Source of the DNA: Haliotis rufescens
Taxonomy: Eukaryota
NCBI RefSeq assembly: GCF_023055435.1
Contig: NW_025964235.1
Coordinates: 930,001 to 994,000, forward strand
Direction: 5' to 3'
DNA length: 64,000 nt
The position numbers were made by a program, and so were the translations under genes. Positions 62,718 to 64,000 of the stretch are shown piece after piece; within the stretch, counting starts at the first letter, position 1, and each line of letters begins with the position of its first letter. Below the pieces are notes generated by a model. The model did no database searches. It was not told where the DNA came from and worked only from the letters and a program-made list of their open reading frames with translations.

Positions 62718-62935
62718 TTTGTTTTGTTTGTTTGTTTGTTTGTTGTTTTACGCCGCGCTCAGCATTATTCCTTTCTTTACGACAATGATTCGTGGCATGA
62801 ACATCGATCTACGCAATCGGGATACGATGACATGCATCAACCAAGTCATCTATCCTGACCGCCCGATCCCATTAGTCGCCTCTTACGACAAGCATGGTTT
62901 GCTTAAGACCAATTCTAACCCGGATCTTCACGGGT
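62718..62935 (-). mobile_element. SINE family 2 copy
   Basis: (tttg)n tail, cctgaccgcccgatcccattagtcgcctcttacgacaagcatgg..aattctaacccggatcttcac. Confidence 0.78.
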
Positions 62936-63494
62936 CGACAGTAATGTAGTATGATTCTTTCATACGGTATGAGTGTGTGGGTGTTTGGTGAGACTATTAC
63001 GAATTCGTAAGGCAGGGTTTCGAGCGAAATTGGCCGAGAAATAAGTTCTATTTTTTTTAAAATCACACACACTTAATAGTAAAGGCTGTCATCGAGGGCT
63101 TCCGAAAGACTTCCAGAGATCTAGAAATGCCACCCTTACATATTTCTCCCTAAACGTAAAGTATCACACGCATACCAATCGTCAGACGACAGTACAGTGT
63201 CCATCAATGCATAAATCTACACGATAGTGTCGTTATTTCCAATGAAAACTTTCTACTTTCTACTGAACATATTTGTTGCGTGAAAAGTTTGCAGGATTAT
63301 GAACTTTATGCATGCAGGTTATATTTCGGCCCAACCAAATACGTGTTACATGCACTCTTTCGTCACAAGCAGAGCAGACGTCATCAGCCAGCTGTGGTGT
63401 TTTTCTCTTTGATTCTTGCTGATTTTATGTGTTGCGAAACCTTTCTAGAGATTTGACAATCCGACGCCTTTGGATATTCCGACCCCACAGTACA

Positions 63495-63801
63495 CCGCCC
63501 GGTGGCCTAGCGCTTGTTGTTTAGACATTACCTCGCCAGATGACCTAGCGCTGGTTGCTGGTACATTTCCCCGCCAGGTTGCCTAGCACTGGCTGCTGGT
63601 ACATTACGCCACCAGGTAGCCTAGCGCTGGTTGCTGGTACATTACACCGCCAGGTGGCCTAGCGCTGGTTGCTGGTACATTACGCCACCAGGTAGCCTAG
63701 CGCTGGTTGCTGGTACATTACGCCACTAGGTGACCTAGCGCTGGTTGCTGGTACATTACGCCACCAGGTGGCCTAGCGCTGGTTGCTGCTACATTACGCC
63801 C
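63495..63801. repeat. 38-bp minisatellite, ~8 copies
   Basis: Unit ccaggtagcctagcgctggttgctggtacattacgcca. Confidence 0.93.
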
Positions 63802-64000
63802 TTGAGCTTGTTGAAACTCCTTGAAGTCCTTGATGCTGGACTACCTCGCAGACAAAGTCGATGTGAAATTTGGAGATGTTCCCCTCCCGGCTGATGTGTT
63901 TCTTTGAGCGTACGAGTCACCTTTTCTTCTGGGGTTGGCAAAATCAATAATAGGTAATTTAGCCAAGACGTTAAACTTCAGCTTCAGTATTTTCTCGACA

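Noticed and set aside
63802-63940. Possible coding exon near the window end
   Set aside because: Short, no recognisable domain and no convincing splice sites.

Overview
Repeat-rich animal genomic DNA with four N-gaps (18821-18994, 31793-31924, 33835-33984, 47683-47856); the SINE content looks molluscan, possibly abalone-like, but that is inference. The only convincing host genes are five tandem, minus-strand TRIM-type E3 ligases (RING, B-box1, B-box2, coiled coil, NHL-like beta-propeller, no filamin domain; TRIM56/TRIM32-like architecture), each with a single coding exon. Two are older diverged paralogs (457-2376, 7085-9043). Three are near-identical and lie in a tandem triplication of 9-14 kb units (A 25575-36891, B 36892-50538, C 50539-59938). 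Four same-orientation tRNA-derived SINEs mark the unit boundaries. The two outer SINEs each have their own target-site duplication (TSD), whereas the two inner SINEs carry the left flank of one and the right flank of the other, the expected footprint of SINE-SINE unequal crossing-over that copied the whole gene. The young copies are mosaic, differ most in the C-terminal propeller, and carry very different lengths of four minisatellites. Each unit also has a candidate ETS/IRF/kB promoter, an intronic long hairpin and a Penelope-type hammerhead-like motif. The rest is decayed LINEs, Penelope RT and Tc1 remnants, a hAT MITE, SINEs and minisatellites. No CRISPR array, rRNA or genuine tRNA gene was found.
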